From: a virus
Lineage: Duplodnaviria > Caudoviricetes
Reading direction: 5' to 3' (one strand)
IMG/VR virus record: IMGVR_UViG_3300025162_000062
Coordinates: 1-55,970 of that record
DNA: 55,970 nt
In this document: positions 38,941-48,724 of the stretch, piece after piece
How the letters are laid out: every line of letters begins with the position of its first letter
How positions within the stretch are numbered: position 1 is the stretch's first letter
Notes under the pieces: model-generated
What the model was told of the DNA's origin: nothing
Database searches by the model: none
Seen by the model: the letters and a program-made list of their open reading frames with translations, nothing else
Program-made: the position numbers and the translations under genes

Positions 38941-40734
38941 TTAAAATTCTGTTTGACCACCGCCTTGTGCTCCACCTTGTGCTCCACCGCCTTGTGCTCC
39001 ACCTTGTGCTCCAAAACCACCTTGTGCCTGTCCACCTGGAGGCGCTTGTGCTTGACCTCCTTGAAGATTTTGTCCACCTCCCATTTCACCTTGTGGTGCT
39101 CCGCCACCTTGTGCTCCGCCCATTTCTGGAGGCATACCCATATCTGGTGGCATACCACCTCCTCCACCGCCTCCACCAGCGCCAGCACCTTCACCAGCTA
39201 AGCCACTCATCATCTTATATTTATTATTCTCTTCTATATCCTTATCTGTGAATTTCATAATATTCCTAACAATCCATTCTATTGATAAATATGGCTTACC
39301 TTCTGCGTCTTGTAAGTTGCTAGATAAAGTAGATGAAATTTCAGCTCTCTTTGATAAATTATTTAAGTGTTTCCATTCTTCAAATAAATCATTAGAATTA
39401 AATTTCAATTTAATATAACTATCAAATATTCTATCTTGTTCTAATTCTGGAAAATCTAAAACCATTTGAATTTTTAAAGGCTTAACTAATATTTCTTTAA
39501 ATAATGTTCTTAAACGATTAACAAAAGTCTTAAATCTAATCTCATCCATTGTTAATGATGATGTGTCATCATAAAAAGCACCACCACCTTGTTCTTCATC
39601 TAATCTTGAAAATGGCATTTTAGATGCTCTCTTCAAACTTTTATAAAACCACTGAAGTGTAATATCTTCATTCAATTGAGCTTGTTCTGGTTGTTCAATA
39701 GTCATTTCTGGCACTCCAGCTTCAGAACTTGGGAACCAATAATCTTTTGAATGAGGAATTTTAGTTGATCCATTTATATAAGGAATACCAGTTCTATCAT
39801 CCCATTCAATATCCTCATGATATTCACTCATCAACTGTTGAATTTGTTGTTCTGCTTGTTGACGAGTTAATCCATTTACAGGAATAACAAACTTTTTATA
39901 AATAGAAGCTTGATTTAAGTTATACATCAACTTAGTAAATTCTAATAATTTAAGTTGATTATAAGGTTTAATAAGACCTTCAACATAAGATGTTTCATCA
40001 TAATCTAAATTGTTAGAATATGAAATATAAATAATATTAGCATCCAATAGCACCCTTCTCAATTGTGGAATATCTGGGTTTTGAATCCAAACAACAGTAC
40101 CAGTACCTGGCTCAGCAGCTACTATAAGTGTAAGAGGATCTAATAGATTAAGGTCAATAATATTTTTTTGATTATCATCATATACAATTTCAAATGCCAA
40201 GAATCCATCAATCAAAAATGTTTTCATATAATTCCAAGCAGTTAAACCATCATTAAAATTAAATGCATTGTAAATTCTTCTAAAATTCTCTTGATATTTT
40301 GCTCTAATAGATTGATCATAACTATCTGGTAAATCTGTCAAACTACAGAAATAATTGTCATCATCATACATAACTGCTTCTTCAGCAATTCTTACTACGT
40401 AATCTTTTATTTCTTCTTTAATAGCATATTGATGTAAAATTTTTCTTTTATCTAAATATCTTCTATCTAAATATGCTATTGATTTCTTTTCTAATATCTT
40501 GGATATAATTTTCTTTGTGAATAAATCGTACATATTTGTACCTGGTTCATAAAGTAAATTACTTGTGTCTTGAAATGCGCCAACTGCTTGACTATTCTTA
40601 ACAACCATTTCCTGATCATCCATTCCAAAGTTACTTAACCTTCTTAAAAGTTTGTTTCCAAAACTTCTTCCTACATTTCCTTTACCAAATTCATACATTG
40701 AATTAGGTTGATTATAACGATTGTATGTTGCCAT
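38941..40734 (-). CDS. gp20: Portal protein, T4 gp20-like
   Basis: FLIDG, LDP, KPYNQLKLLE, DYWFP, KMPFSRL, DEIRF..FVNRLR..F; Gly/Gln-rich tail. Confidence 0.93.
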   Translation of the reverse strand: MATYNRYNQPNSMYEFGKGNVGRSFGNKLLRRLSNFGMDDQEMVVKNSQAVGAFQDTSNLLYEPGTNMYDLFTKKIISKILEKKSIAYLDRRYLDKRKILHQYAIKEEIKDYVVRIAEEAVMYDDDNYFCSLTDLPDSYDQSIRAKYQENFRRIYNAFNFNDGLTAWNYMKTFLIDGFLAFEIVYDDNQKNIIDLNLLDPLTLIVAAEPGTGTVVWIQNPDIPQLRRVLLDANIIYISYSNNLDYDETSYVEGLIKPYNQLKLLEFTKLMYNLNQASIYKKFVIPVNGLTRQQAEQQIQQLMSEYHEDIEWDDRTGIPYINGSTKIPHSKDYWFPSSEAGVPEMTIEQPEQAQLNEDITLQWFYKSLKRASKMPFSRLDEEQGGGAFYDDTSSLTMDEIRFKTFVNRLRTLFKEILVKPLKIQMVLDFPELEQDRIFDSYIKLKFNSNDLFEEWKHLNNLSKRAEISSTLSSNLQDAEGKPYLSIEWIVRNIMKFTDKDIEENNKYKMMSGLAGEGAGAGGGGGGGGMPPDMGMPPEMGGAQGGGAPQGEMGGGQNLQGGQAQAPPGGQAQGGFGAQGGAQGGGAQGGAQGGGQTEF

Positions 40735-40800
40735 TTCTCAATTTAATTTTTATTATATATTAAATTATGCTGTCTCGCTTTTTATTTAAATTTTTTTCAT

Positions 40801-40808
40801 TATATTTG
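40801..40808 (+). promoter_or_regulatory. Bacteroidota-type -7 promoter element TAnnTTTG
   Basis: TATATTTG 5 nt upstream of ATG 40814, heading a plus-strand island of small ORFs. Confidence 0.5.
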
Positions 40809-40813
40809 CAAAT

Positions 40814-40996
40814 ATGAAAACTGAATGCGAACATAAAAATAGAAAAAATCTATACTCTTATTGTGTACAACTCTATACGAATGTATTAGAAGTTGAATGC
40901 ATAGATTGTGGTATGCACAGACATGAAACTAGATATAAAAATGGAAGAGTTGATTGTAGTGAATGGTTTAAACCCAGAAAAGAAAAAACAAAATGA
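40814..40996 (+). CDS. Small Cys/His protein
   Basis: CEH..CIDCG. Confidence 0.55.
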   Translation: MKTECEHKNRKNLYSYCVQLYTNVLEVECIDCGMHRHETRYKNGRVDCSEWFKPRKEKTK

Positions 40997-41421
40997 CAAA
41001 AGAACAATTTTTAAAACTAGAATTAGTTAGTAAAGCCTATGTTATGTATAAAAATGCTAAACATTGGGTAATTGGTAAAGATTTAGATGAATGCCTATTA
41101 GAAGTTGTTGAAGACGATGATGGAGAGTGTCTAGTATGGAAAGCAAAAATGGTTAGATTTGAAAATTGTGTCTATGAAATAAAGGAAATTAAGAAGGAAC
41201 TTACAGAAGAAGAAAAATTTTGGCAAGATCACAAAATAGGTGATGAATATCAAATGGATGGAAAGCCAGACAAGTGGAAAATATCTTACTATCCTATACT
41301 TGAAGATGGAAAAACTAACGAAAAGTATAATGAGTCAAGAGCATTAGTTGAAAAACCAATAGTAGGTGGAACTGATTTTAGAGAAATTCCTTTAAGATAC
41401 CTTACAAAAATTGGGAAATGA
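40993..41421 (+). CDS. Hypothetical protein
   Basis: ORF track, ATGA overlap. Confidence 0.6.
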   Translation: MTKEQFLKLELVSKAYVMYKNAKHWVIGKDLDECLLEVVEDDDGECLVWKAKMVRFENCVYEIKEIKKELTEEEKFWQDHKIGDEYQMDGKPDKWKISYYPILEDGKTNEKYNESRALVEKPIVGGTDFREIPLRYLTKIGK

Positions 41422-41675
41422 AAAAAAAAGCAATCTGTAAAAGCAACGTATTTAGTCCAAATTTTAAGATAGGCAAAATATACTATTATGAATATGATAA
41501 TGGTATTTATTCTATAATGGATGATTTCTCAATATCATTTAAGTTCGATAAAAAATGGCAAACTCCTTTTCAAGATTTTTTTAACTTCAAGCCAAAAAAG
41601 GCGTTGTTTGATGAATTTTTTTATGAACTTAAAGAATCTAGAAAACTAAAATTAGAAAAACTTTCAAAATTATAA
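41418..41675 (+). CDS. Hypothetical protein with RKLKLEKL tail
   Basis: ORF track. Confidence 0.6.
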   Translation: MKKKAICKSNVFSPNFKIGKIYYYEYDNGIYSIMDDFSISFKFDKKWQTPFQDFFNFKPKKALFDEFFYELKESRKLKLEKLSKL

Positions 41676-42112
41676 TGGAAGAAAAAGTATTAGAATTTAT
41701 AACAACGGTAAGAGCTTCTTTTGGTGGCTCAATTGCGGTATATACTTGTGGCAATTGTTATCAATTCTATGAAATATTAAAAATTGTATTCCCTGATGCA
41801 GAAGCATTTGATGCTGGTGGTCATGTTTATACTAAAATTGATAATAATTTTTATGATATTAGAGGAAAATTTAATGTTGATAGACTTAAATTAATACCTA
41901 TAACAGAACCAGATAGAATTAAATCTCTTTCTAGTAATAAATGGACGGATGAAAGAAGAAAAGAATATGGTATGGGTAAAGAAATAAATGAAAGAATAAA
42001 AAAAAGCAAAAGAAAAAGGATATTTAAGATAAATTATCAATCAATTTCAAATTTTTTTCAAAACTTCTCAATGATTTATAGAAAGCTTCTATATCTTTCT
42101 CATATAGTTTAA
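41675..42112 (+). CDS. Hypothetical phage protein
   Basis: GNCYQF..HVYTKID..FYDIRG. Confidence 0.6.
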   Translation: MEEKVLEFITTVRASFGGSIAVYTCGNCYQFYEILKIVFPDAEAFDAGGHVYTKIDNNFYDIRGKFNVDRLKLIPITEPDRIKSLSSNKWTDERRKEYGMGKEINERIKKSKRKRIFKINYQSISNFFQNFSMIYRKLLYLSHIV

Positions 42113-42788
42113 CTATTTCCTCAAACATTTTTATTTTACCAGCAAATTCACTTCGTAGACTCTCATTCTGTATTTTACTTAATGTATCATACATTAATCT
42201 ATTATTAATATAAAGTGTATCTAAAAAAACGAATCTATGTAAAATAGTAGATGAAATTTCATACACTTTTTCTATTTTAAGAAGATCATATGCAGTTATA
42301 GAATAAGCTTTATTGCCATTTCTTTTCAAAAAATCATAAATCCAAGTTATCTTAAATGGAAGTTCTTCTTTAACCTTTCCTCCATCTGATATTTTATCTT
42401 CATTTTGTTCATACCTAGAAATATTATTCTGTATTATAGAATCTATTAAATCTACTTTATACATTATTGGTAAATAATCAAAATTAACAGCAAATAACAC
42501 ATTTTTATTATTTACAAGTTTTAATTGTCTCTCTAAAATACCATTTTCATTTTTATTTGGTACTGGAGGTATTGTTAGAATAGGACACCACAATTTATTA
42601 CCATTATAATTATAATTAATAATATAAAATTTTCCGATTTGAATATTTTTAATGGTTGTACCTCTAACTTGATTGTTTGGCTTTCTTAAAATATAAGAAA
42701 ACAACTCCGCAGTAGACTCATTTCTGATCACTCTTATATTTTTACTGTATTGTCCGTATAAAGCTCTAACTTCTTCTGTAAAATTCAT
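42024..42788 (-). CDS. Putative DNA end-protector protein (gp2-like)
   Basis: IGKFY..Y and AVNFDYLP resemble T4 gp2; near gp4-like gene. Confidence 0.5.
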   Translation of the reverse strand: MNFTEEVRALYGQYSKNIRVIRNESTAELFSYILRKPNNQVRGTTIKNIQIGKFYIINYNYNGNKLWCPILTIPPVPNKNENGILERQLKLVNNKNVLFAVNFDYLPIMYKVDLIDSIIQNNISRYEQNEDKISDGGKVKEELPFKITWIYDFLKRNGNKAYSITAYDLLKIEKVYEISSTILHRFVFLDTLYINNRLMYDTLSKIQNESLRSEFAGKIKMFEEIVKLYEKDIEAFYKSLRSFEKNLKLIDNLS

Positions 42789-42856
42789 AATCTATATATA
42801 AAATATTTTTTTATTCACAATCTTTTATTATTTTTGTTTATATAAAATAAGAAAGC

Positions 42857-43186
42857 ATGAATAATTTAGAATTTGAAGTAGAAAGAGGTAGTTTTACATA
42901 TAATATAAAAGCGGAAAGGCAAAAATACTCCAATCATTCTGGAAGTTTTTGGAGGATTGAGATATATAGCAAGAATGAATATCCTCATCATGGTGAATCA
43001 AAAAACTATTTTCTCATTGATGTTAATGCAATTTCTGATGTTAAAAGATTTGTAAAGCTAGTACAAAAATTATTAGATTATACTACTAGTCCTGAATATA
43101 TAAATGAAGCACTTACACTTAAATGGCTATTTAATACATTAAAAAGTTCAGGAATATGCTTATATGGACATGAAATTAGGGAATAA
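42857..43186 (+). CDS. Hypothetical protein
   Basis: ORF track. Confidence 0.55.
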   Translation: MNNLEFEVERGSFTYNIKAERQKYSNHSGSFWRIEIYSKNEYPHHGESKNYFLIDVNAISDVKRFVKLVQKLLDYTTSPEYINEALTLKWLFNTLKSSGICLYGHEIRE

Positions 43187-43685
43187 GTCCTTTACTTCTA
43201 AGCCAATCTTCGGTTATTATTTTAAAATGTAGATTTCTTTTTTCACACCAGTCTTTCGTGTGCGCCCACTTATGTAAATTTTTCTTATATGTCATTTGAG
43301 CATATTCAAAATTTTCTAGCATTTTTAAAGTCTGTTTCTTTGGAGGAACTGGCATCTCAGTTTCACTTTTTGGTTTAATCTCCACAACCAATCTATTATA
43401 AGTTTCAGGATCATTTGCATTGATAGTTTCAATATAAAAGTCTGGATAATATCTATGTGTCTCTAACATTTGAGTTTTGTTATTAACTATTTGATAAGGA
43501 ATTTCTATACCTTCAGCACTCCACTTCTTAACATTTTGATTTATATCACAAAATCTACAAAATGCAAATTCCCAAGAACTTCTATATACAATAGGATAAG
43601 ATCCTATATACTTTTCTGGATTTTGAACTAAATAATTACCCTGCTTATACTTTCTGTTTGATATTTGTGATCTGTTTCTTGACAT
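43176..43685 (-). CDS. gp4: Head completion nuclease, gp4/TnsA-like
   Basis: NPEKYIG, YRSSWE, HRYYPDF, VEIKP, KW..FKIITE. Confidence 0.9.
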   Translation of the reverse strand: MSRNRSQISNRKYKQGNYLVQNPEKYIGSYPIVYRSSWEFAFCRFCDINQNVKKWSAEGIEIPYQIVNNKTQMLETHRYYPDFYIETINANDPETYNRLVVEIKPKSETEMPVPPKKQTLKMLENFEYAQMTYKKNLHKWAHTKDWCEKRNLHFKIITEDWLRSKGLIP

Positions 43686-43951
43686 TAATAATTTTTATTT
43701 CTAAATGCATTAGGATTAGGTGGATCTTGAATAAGCTTAGTATTATTTGTAACTGCTATATAGTTTTGTCCTTTATTCGCTAATGCAACATCATATAATG
43801 TTGGAAATCTGTTATATGCGCCAGAATGAATATCATTAAACTGAATATCTCTTACAAGCATAATAAATTCTTCGTCCCTCTGTGTAGGTGGTGAAGGAAC
43901 TGGATATGATTCTACATATCCATCATTTCTAACCCAATCTCTTAGTGCCAT
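43685..43951 (-). CDS. Hypothetical protein
   Basis: ORF coupled to gp4-like gene, preceded by TATATA motif. Confidence 0.6.
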   Translation of the reverse strand: MALRDWVRNDGYVESYPVPSPPTQRDEEFIMLVRDIQFNDIHSGAYNRFPTLYDVALANKGQNYIAVTNNTKLIQDPPNPNAFRNKNY

Positions 43952-44050
43952 ATTTGTATATATAAAAAATCTATGTCTTTAATTTTTTTATTTCAAAAAA
44001 TTAAAAAGGGACTTCAACATATTTATATATAATATAAAAAATACATTATT

Positions 44051-44582
44051 ATGAACGAATACCAAAAAGAATATTATGAGAAGAATAAAGAAAGAATAAA
44101 AAAAAATCAGAAAGAATACTACGAGAAAAATAAAAAATGTTTTAAAGAGTATGATAAAAAATATGCACAAAAAAATAAAGAGAAATTAAAAGAATATTAT
44201 AAAGAATATTATCAGGAAAATAAAGAAAATATAAAAATAAAATCAACAACTCCAGAGAAAGAGGAAAAAAGAAAAAAATGGAGGAAAGAATACTACCAAA
44301 AAAATAAGGAAAAGGCACAACAACAATACAAGGAATGGTATATTAGGATATAGTGCATTAGAACTTAAAGAATATATGATAAAATTATTTACTCCTGGTA
44401 TGTCCTGGGATAATTATGGAGAATGGCATATAGATCATAAAAAACCAGTATCATCTTTTGATAAAAACGAAAAAGTTTCAGTTGTTTGCGAATTAAATAA
44501 CCTTCAACCACTTTGGTCAACTACAAGAATAATAGATGGTAAAGTGTATGAAGGTAATCTAAATAAATTCACAAAGTATTGA
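44051..44582 (+). pseudogene. Broken HNH/endonuclease-VII-like homing endonuclease
   Basis: YYEKNKE repeats in one frame; ILGYS..GMSWDNYGEWHIDH..NLQPLW in another, junction near 44340. Confidence 0.7.
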
Positions 44583-44593
44583 TTTATAATGAT

Positions 44594-44968
44594 TTATATG
44601 TTATGCAATCCTTTACCTTCATTTGAATGACTTAAACTTATCATTCTTGGCGATTCTTGGTTGTTTTTCTTCTGATAAATCACATTTAATCCACCTGCAA
44701 TACCTCTCTTACAAATTTCAGAAAAATATGGAAATGCTGATGAATATTTCTTCTCATTAAATAAACTCCAATTTGACAGCATCATCAAGATCCCCTGTTG
44801 TTTACAATCGAATTTGTCATCTGATGTTTTGTATTTCCTTTCAAATTTTTTGATCATCTCTTCCCCAATCTTAATGATCATGTTTTCAGCTTTTTTTGTT
44901 AATTTTCCTTTCCCTTTTGAAATTAGAATTTCGAAGTAAAAATCAGTATCATCTATATATCTCGCCAT
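44594..44968 (-). CDS. gp55: Late-transcription sigma factor, gp55-like (124 aa)
   Basis: YIDD..F, Y..DDKFD, FNEKK.SSAFPYFSEI match gp55 region 2 pattern. Confidence 0.75.
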   Translation of the reverse strand: MARYIDDTDFYFEILISKGKGKLTKKAENMIIKIGEEMIKKFERKYKTSDDKFDCKQQGILMMLSNWSLFNEKKYSSAFPYFSEICKRGIAGGLNVIYQKKNNQESPRMISLSHSNEGKGLHNI

Positions 44969-44974
44969 TCATTT

Positions 44975-46006
44975 TTAATTATTTTTATAAAATTTTTTAT
45001 CAATCCATTTTCGCTTTCTAGCAAATTCATAAATATTACGTTTATTTCTAGCAAATTCAGTTACATTTTTATATTTTTGAGCTTCTATTTTACATTCATC
45101 TTCCGTCCAAGTATTTCTTAATGGTATCATATGTAAACAGATTTCATCTAGAAATTTATTTTTTTGTGAGAATTGCCATATCTTATGATTATTTATTTTA
45201 AATTCATTGCTGTTTTTATATTTCAGTGCTTCATTTTTACACTCCTCTTTACTATAACTGTTATGTAGCAGTGTCATATGGAAACAAATTTCGTCTATCC
45301 AATTATACTTTTTTGCAAATCCCCATATTTTATGATTACTTTTTGCAAATTCCCCTCTATATTTATATTTATATGCTTCTATTTTACATTCATCTTTAGT
45401 CCAACTAACACGCAATAAAATCATATGTGAGCAAATTTCGTTCAACCATTTGTTTTTACGTGCTGAATTATAAGCTGAATGATTTCCCATCATAAATTCA
45501 TTTCTATTATTATATTTATTTGCCTCTTTTTGGCATTCATATTTAGTCCATTTTATATCAAAACAGCCAACTCCACCTGTTTTAGCGATATTTAAGCATT
45601 TAAATCCAGATTCTTCTGATTTTATTCTCCAATATTCTTCCTGTAATTGAGCTTCGCTTACAGAAATATAATCAGTCAATTTTTCAATAATAATGGGACT
45701 TGATTTTGTTTTTTCTATATGTGAATAAACAGATCCTTTTTTATTTAAATGTTCAGAAATTCTTCGTTCAAAATTACTTGTTAGCCCAACGTAACAGACG
45801 TTATTAGAAAACACAATTCTATAAATCAATCTTTTATATTCATTACCTATTGGTATCATATGGGAACATATATCATCAATCCACTTATTTCTAAGTGCAG
45901 CTTGATATGCACCATAAGATTGTTTTATAAAATCTTTTTTATAATTATACTTTATTGATTCTTCTTGACATTCTTCTTTAGACCACTTAAAATGGGATTT
46001 TTTCAT
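44975..46006 (-). CDS. GIY-YIG-like homing endonuclease with helical repeats
   Basis: LIYRI..YVGLT..RR..EH..E; repeated WTxxECxxEAxKY units. Confidence 0.78.
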   Translation of the reverse strand: MKKSHFKWSKEECQEESIKYNYKKDFIKQSYGAYQAALRNKWIDDICSHMIPIGNEYKRLIYRIVFSNNVCYVGLTSNFERRISEHLNKKGSVYSHIEKTKSSPIIIEKLTDYISVSEAQLQEEYWRIKSEESGFKCLNIAKTGGVGCFDIKWTKYECQKEANKYNNRNEFMMGNHSAYNSARKNKWLNEICSHMILLRVSWTKDECKIEAYKYKYRGEFAKSNHKIWGFAKKYNWIDEICFHMTLLHNSYSKEECKNEALKYKNSNEFKINNHKIWQFSQKNKFLDEICLHMIPLRNTWTEDECKIEAQKYKNVTEFARNKRNIYEFARKRKWIDKKFYKNN

Positions 46007-46174
46007 ATTATATTGATTTTTAGTATATATAAAAATTTTAAAATGATAATAGTATAATAGCCTTTATTGCCTTAAATTATTTTTATTTAGTCTAAATAAA
46101 AATAGTAATTTAAATGTTATATCATGTTAGAAATTAAAAGTTTATAAAAGTTAATAATTTTTTATTTTAAAGTT

Positions 46175-46206
46175 AAAAAAAGGACTCTGTTTTCACAAAG
46201 TCCTTT
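46175..46206 (-). terminator. Intrinsic terminator
   Basis: AAAGGACTCTGT...ACAAAGTCCTTT with U tract on minus strand. Confidence 0.7.
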
Positions 46207-46226
46207 CCTAAATTATTGTAAATTAA

Positions 46227-47513
46227 TTATAAAATCATTCTTTTAGCTTTAACCTTGTCTTCTTTAATTTGTTTCAAATTTTCATAAAGGTCATGTTTTG
46301 AAATTAATAGGTCATTGAAAGTTTTTTTCAAAGCTTCATCTTCATTTACTAATTCTTCATGTTCTTTTAATAGTGCTAAGCCTGCGTCAATTTGTTTGAT
46401 TGCTTCTTTAACTTCCATTTCTTTGTCCTCTAAAGTTCTCAAGTGTTTGATTTCTTTTGAAAGTTTATTGTCTAAGAATTTTGTTAAATCATAGTCAAGT
46501 TCTCTTTGAACATCATTAATTAAATCATTTGCTGAATTATATTCATAGAAAGCTGTGCCTGTTCTTGCGTCGTTATTATAAACATACATTTTATCCTTAT
46601 AATTTACTACATAGCACTCTAGGTAAGGATGTAATGCATTCTCAACTTTTAATGCTATATCTAAGTCTACGAATTTGTCAATATTTTGAGCTGCTGTAGT
46701 TGATAATACATAATAGTCTTTCTTTAACCAAGGAATAATTTTTGAATTAAATAAACCCTCTAATGTAGTTTCTTTATCTAATTTTTCTTCATTTAAGAAA
46801 TAAGCCTTATCATTCTTTGTTGAAATGCTCAATACTAAATTTTCATCTAATCTGAAAGAAATTGAATCCTCTTTAATATCACCAATTGTCATAACTTTTT
46901 CTAAAATTCTAAATTCTCTAACCTTGTCAATATCCTTAATATGATCTTCTAAAAGTGTTTGCTTAACTTCATCTTGATTAATTAAAAACCAACGATCTTT
47001 CATAAATACTAAATTGCCATTTTCAGTTTTTTCAACTAATGTAAATACCTTTGAAGCCTTACCTGAGTTTACTAAATTTTGTCTTTGAATTGGATTATTC
47101 ATATAACCATTCAAGAACAATTTAACTTCTGGAATCCAATCGTGAATTACTAATTCATTAACAATAGATGACATTTTAGTATCATTATCATTCATGTTAA
47201 TAATATTAAGAATTGAATTCAATGCTGGACGATACATTTGTCCATAATTTTTTCTTTCAATTTTCTTGTATAAATCCTTCAAATTGTAATTCAAAGGCTC
47301 ACTTTTAATCTCTTCTTCTAATCCTTCAATTAATCTTTTAACTTTAACATCCCAAGAAAATGGAGTTAATGTTTCTTTAACTGAACCAACTAATTCTTTT
47401 TCTGAATATTTATCGTAATTATTAATAAATCTCTCCATAATTACATTTAATTCATAATCTTCAATAGGTAATTCTCTCTTGAAATTAAACAAATCATACT
47501 TTAAATTTTTCAT
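46227..47513 (-). CDS. Hypothetical protein, probable head-associated late protein
   Basis: 428 aa, C-terminal coiled-coil; shares extended upstream motif with capsid and protease genes. Confidence 0.6.
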   Translation of the reverse strand: MKNLKYDLFNFKRELPIEDYELNVIMERFINNYDKYSEKELVGSVKETLTPFSWDVKVKRLIEGLEEEIKSEPLNYNLKDLYKKIERKNYGQMYRPALNSILNIINMNDNDTKMSSIVNELVIHDWIPEVKLFLNGYMNNPIQRQNLVNSGKASKVFTLVEKTENGNLVFMKDRWFLINQDEVKQTLLEDHIKDIDKVREFRILEKVMTIGDIKEDSISFRLDENLVLSISTKNDKAYFLNEEKLDKETTLEGLFNSKIIPWLKKDYYVLSTTAAQNIDKFVDLDIALKVENALHPYLECYVVNYKDKMYVYNNDARTGTAFYEYNSANDLINDVQRELDYDLTKFLDNKLSKEIKHLRTLEDKEMEVKEAIKQIDAGLALLKEHEELVNEDEALKKTFNDLLISKHDLYENLKQIKEDKVKAKRMIL

Positions 47514-47621
47514 ATTTTTTTATTTTTTTTTATTTTTGCAGTTGTATCTTGCAGGTTTTTTTATTTTTGAGTTCTTTTCTGAGTTTATATATAAACAAAA
47601 AAATATCATTTTTTTCAAAAA

Positions 47622-47831
47622 TCACTTGTTTAGAAAAATATTTTTACTATCATTTTGGAAGGTTGGTGCATGTTCTACTTCTGCTACAGTATTATTTAGA
47701 TACCACTTTAAATCTGGATTCCATCCGTTTCTTGCAGTTATAAATCCAACAACTAAATCACCAACTTCTGGTTTATTAATTAATAAATTGTTGTTTCTTT
47801 TAGAGATTTCAAATTGTTTTAAGTATCTCAT
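47622..47831 (-). CDS. Small protein with MRYLKQFE tag
   Basis: ORF track; PEVGD motif as in 15861..16184. Confidence 0.5.
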   Translation of the reverse strand: MRYLKQFEISKRNNNLLINKPEVGDLVVGFITARNGWNPDLKWYLNNTVAEVEHAPTFQNDSKNIFLNK

Positions 47832-48664
47832 TCCATATTATTTATTTCATTCTGTCTAGTTTCTTCACCTTCCTTTATTATAGTTTCTTTTGTTGAATTA
47901 TCACCAAAATTATGAAACCAATAAACTCTTTTCAAAATTCCAGCAGAACTTGGTAATGTACCGTCTGGTCTAAGTATTCCAAGATAGTTCCAATCTATAA
48001 TATTATCATTATCACAAATTTCATAATCATCACTCATAACATCAAAAACTGGATAATATGTGCTTATTTCTAATGTAAATTTCATTGTTATAATACCCTC
48101 AGAAGACATATTAATTTCTCTTGGTATTTCAATTCCACTATCAGATGGTAATTTAAAATGTGAATTTATCTTCATCCCAAAATAACTAATACTAAAAAAT
48201 CTATAATTATACAATACATCTAAAATTTTAGTATAACATATATCAACTTCCCATTCATTATCTAATCTAATTTGCACATCATATGATAATGTAATTGGAA
48301 CAGCTTTAGTCCTACTCACAATTGCCCTAAATTCATCATTTATCTTAGTTTCTTTTGATAAATATTGATTTGGATTAGCAAATTCATCATCTTTTTGAGA
48401 GCCGCCCTTAAATGTTATAACACCTCTTTGTTTTTGATCAGTATTTAATTCTACTCTATTACCAACAGTATCATCAACGAAAGCATCTAGCATAAATCTT
48501 TCTTGCCCACCATAAGAAGTAAAAAATGGCAATAAAACCCTTATCTTTTTTCCAGCACTCCAACGGTTAATCCACCTAACTTTTGTACCCAAAACTTTAC
48601 ACAAAGCAATTGTAGTCATTCTAACAAAATTATCATCATAATTATATTCTTCGCCTACTCTCAT
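47828..48664 (-). CDS. Tail sheath stabiliser/terminator, gp15-like
   Basis: YDDNFVR, AVPITLSY..I..I..KIL, FTLEI.TYYP pattern. Confidence 0.6.
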   Translation of the reverse strand: MRVGEEYNYDDNFVRMTTIALCKVLGTKVRWINRWSAGKKIRVLLPFFTSYGGQERFMLDAFVDDTVGNRVELNTDQKQRGVITFKGGSQKDDEFANPNQYLSKETKINDEFRAIVSRTKAVPITLSYDVQIRLDNEWEVDICYTKILDVLYNYRFFSISYFGMKINSHFKLPSDSGIEIPREINMSSEGIITMKFTLEISTYYPVFDVMSDDYEICDNDNIIDWNYLGILRPDGTLPSSAGILKRVYWFHNFGDNSTKETIIKEGEETRQNEINNME

Positions 48665-48724
48665 AAAAAACTTTTTTATTTTATTTATATATAAAAAAAT
48701 GACATCAGCAAAAAATAATCTTGT

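Noticed and set aside
38928-39251. Three extra ORFs over the portal tail
   Set aside because: Alternate-frame or antisense readings of GC-rich GGAQ repeats.
43176-43685. TnsA as sign of a Tn7-like transposon
   Set aside because: Matches T4 gp4 head-completion family in head gene context; no TnsB/TnsC.
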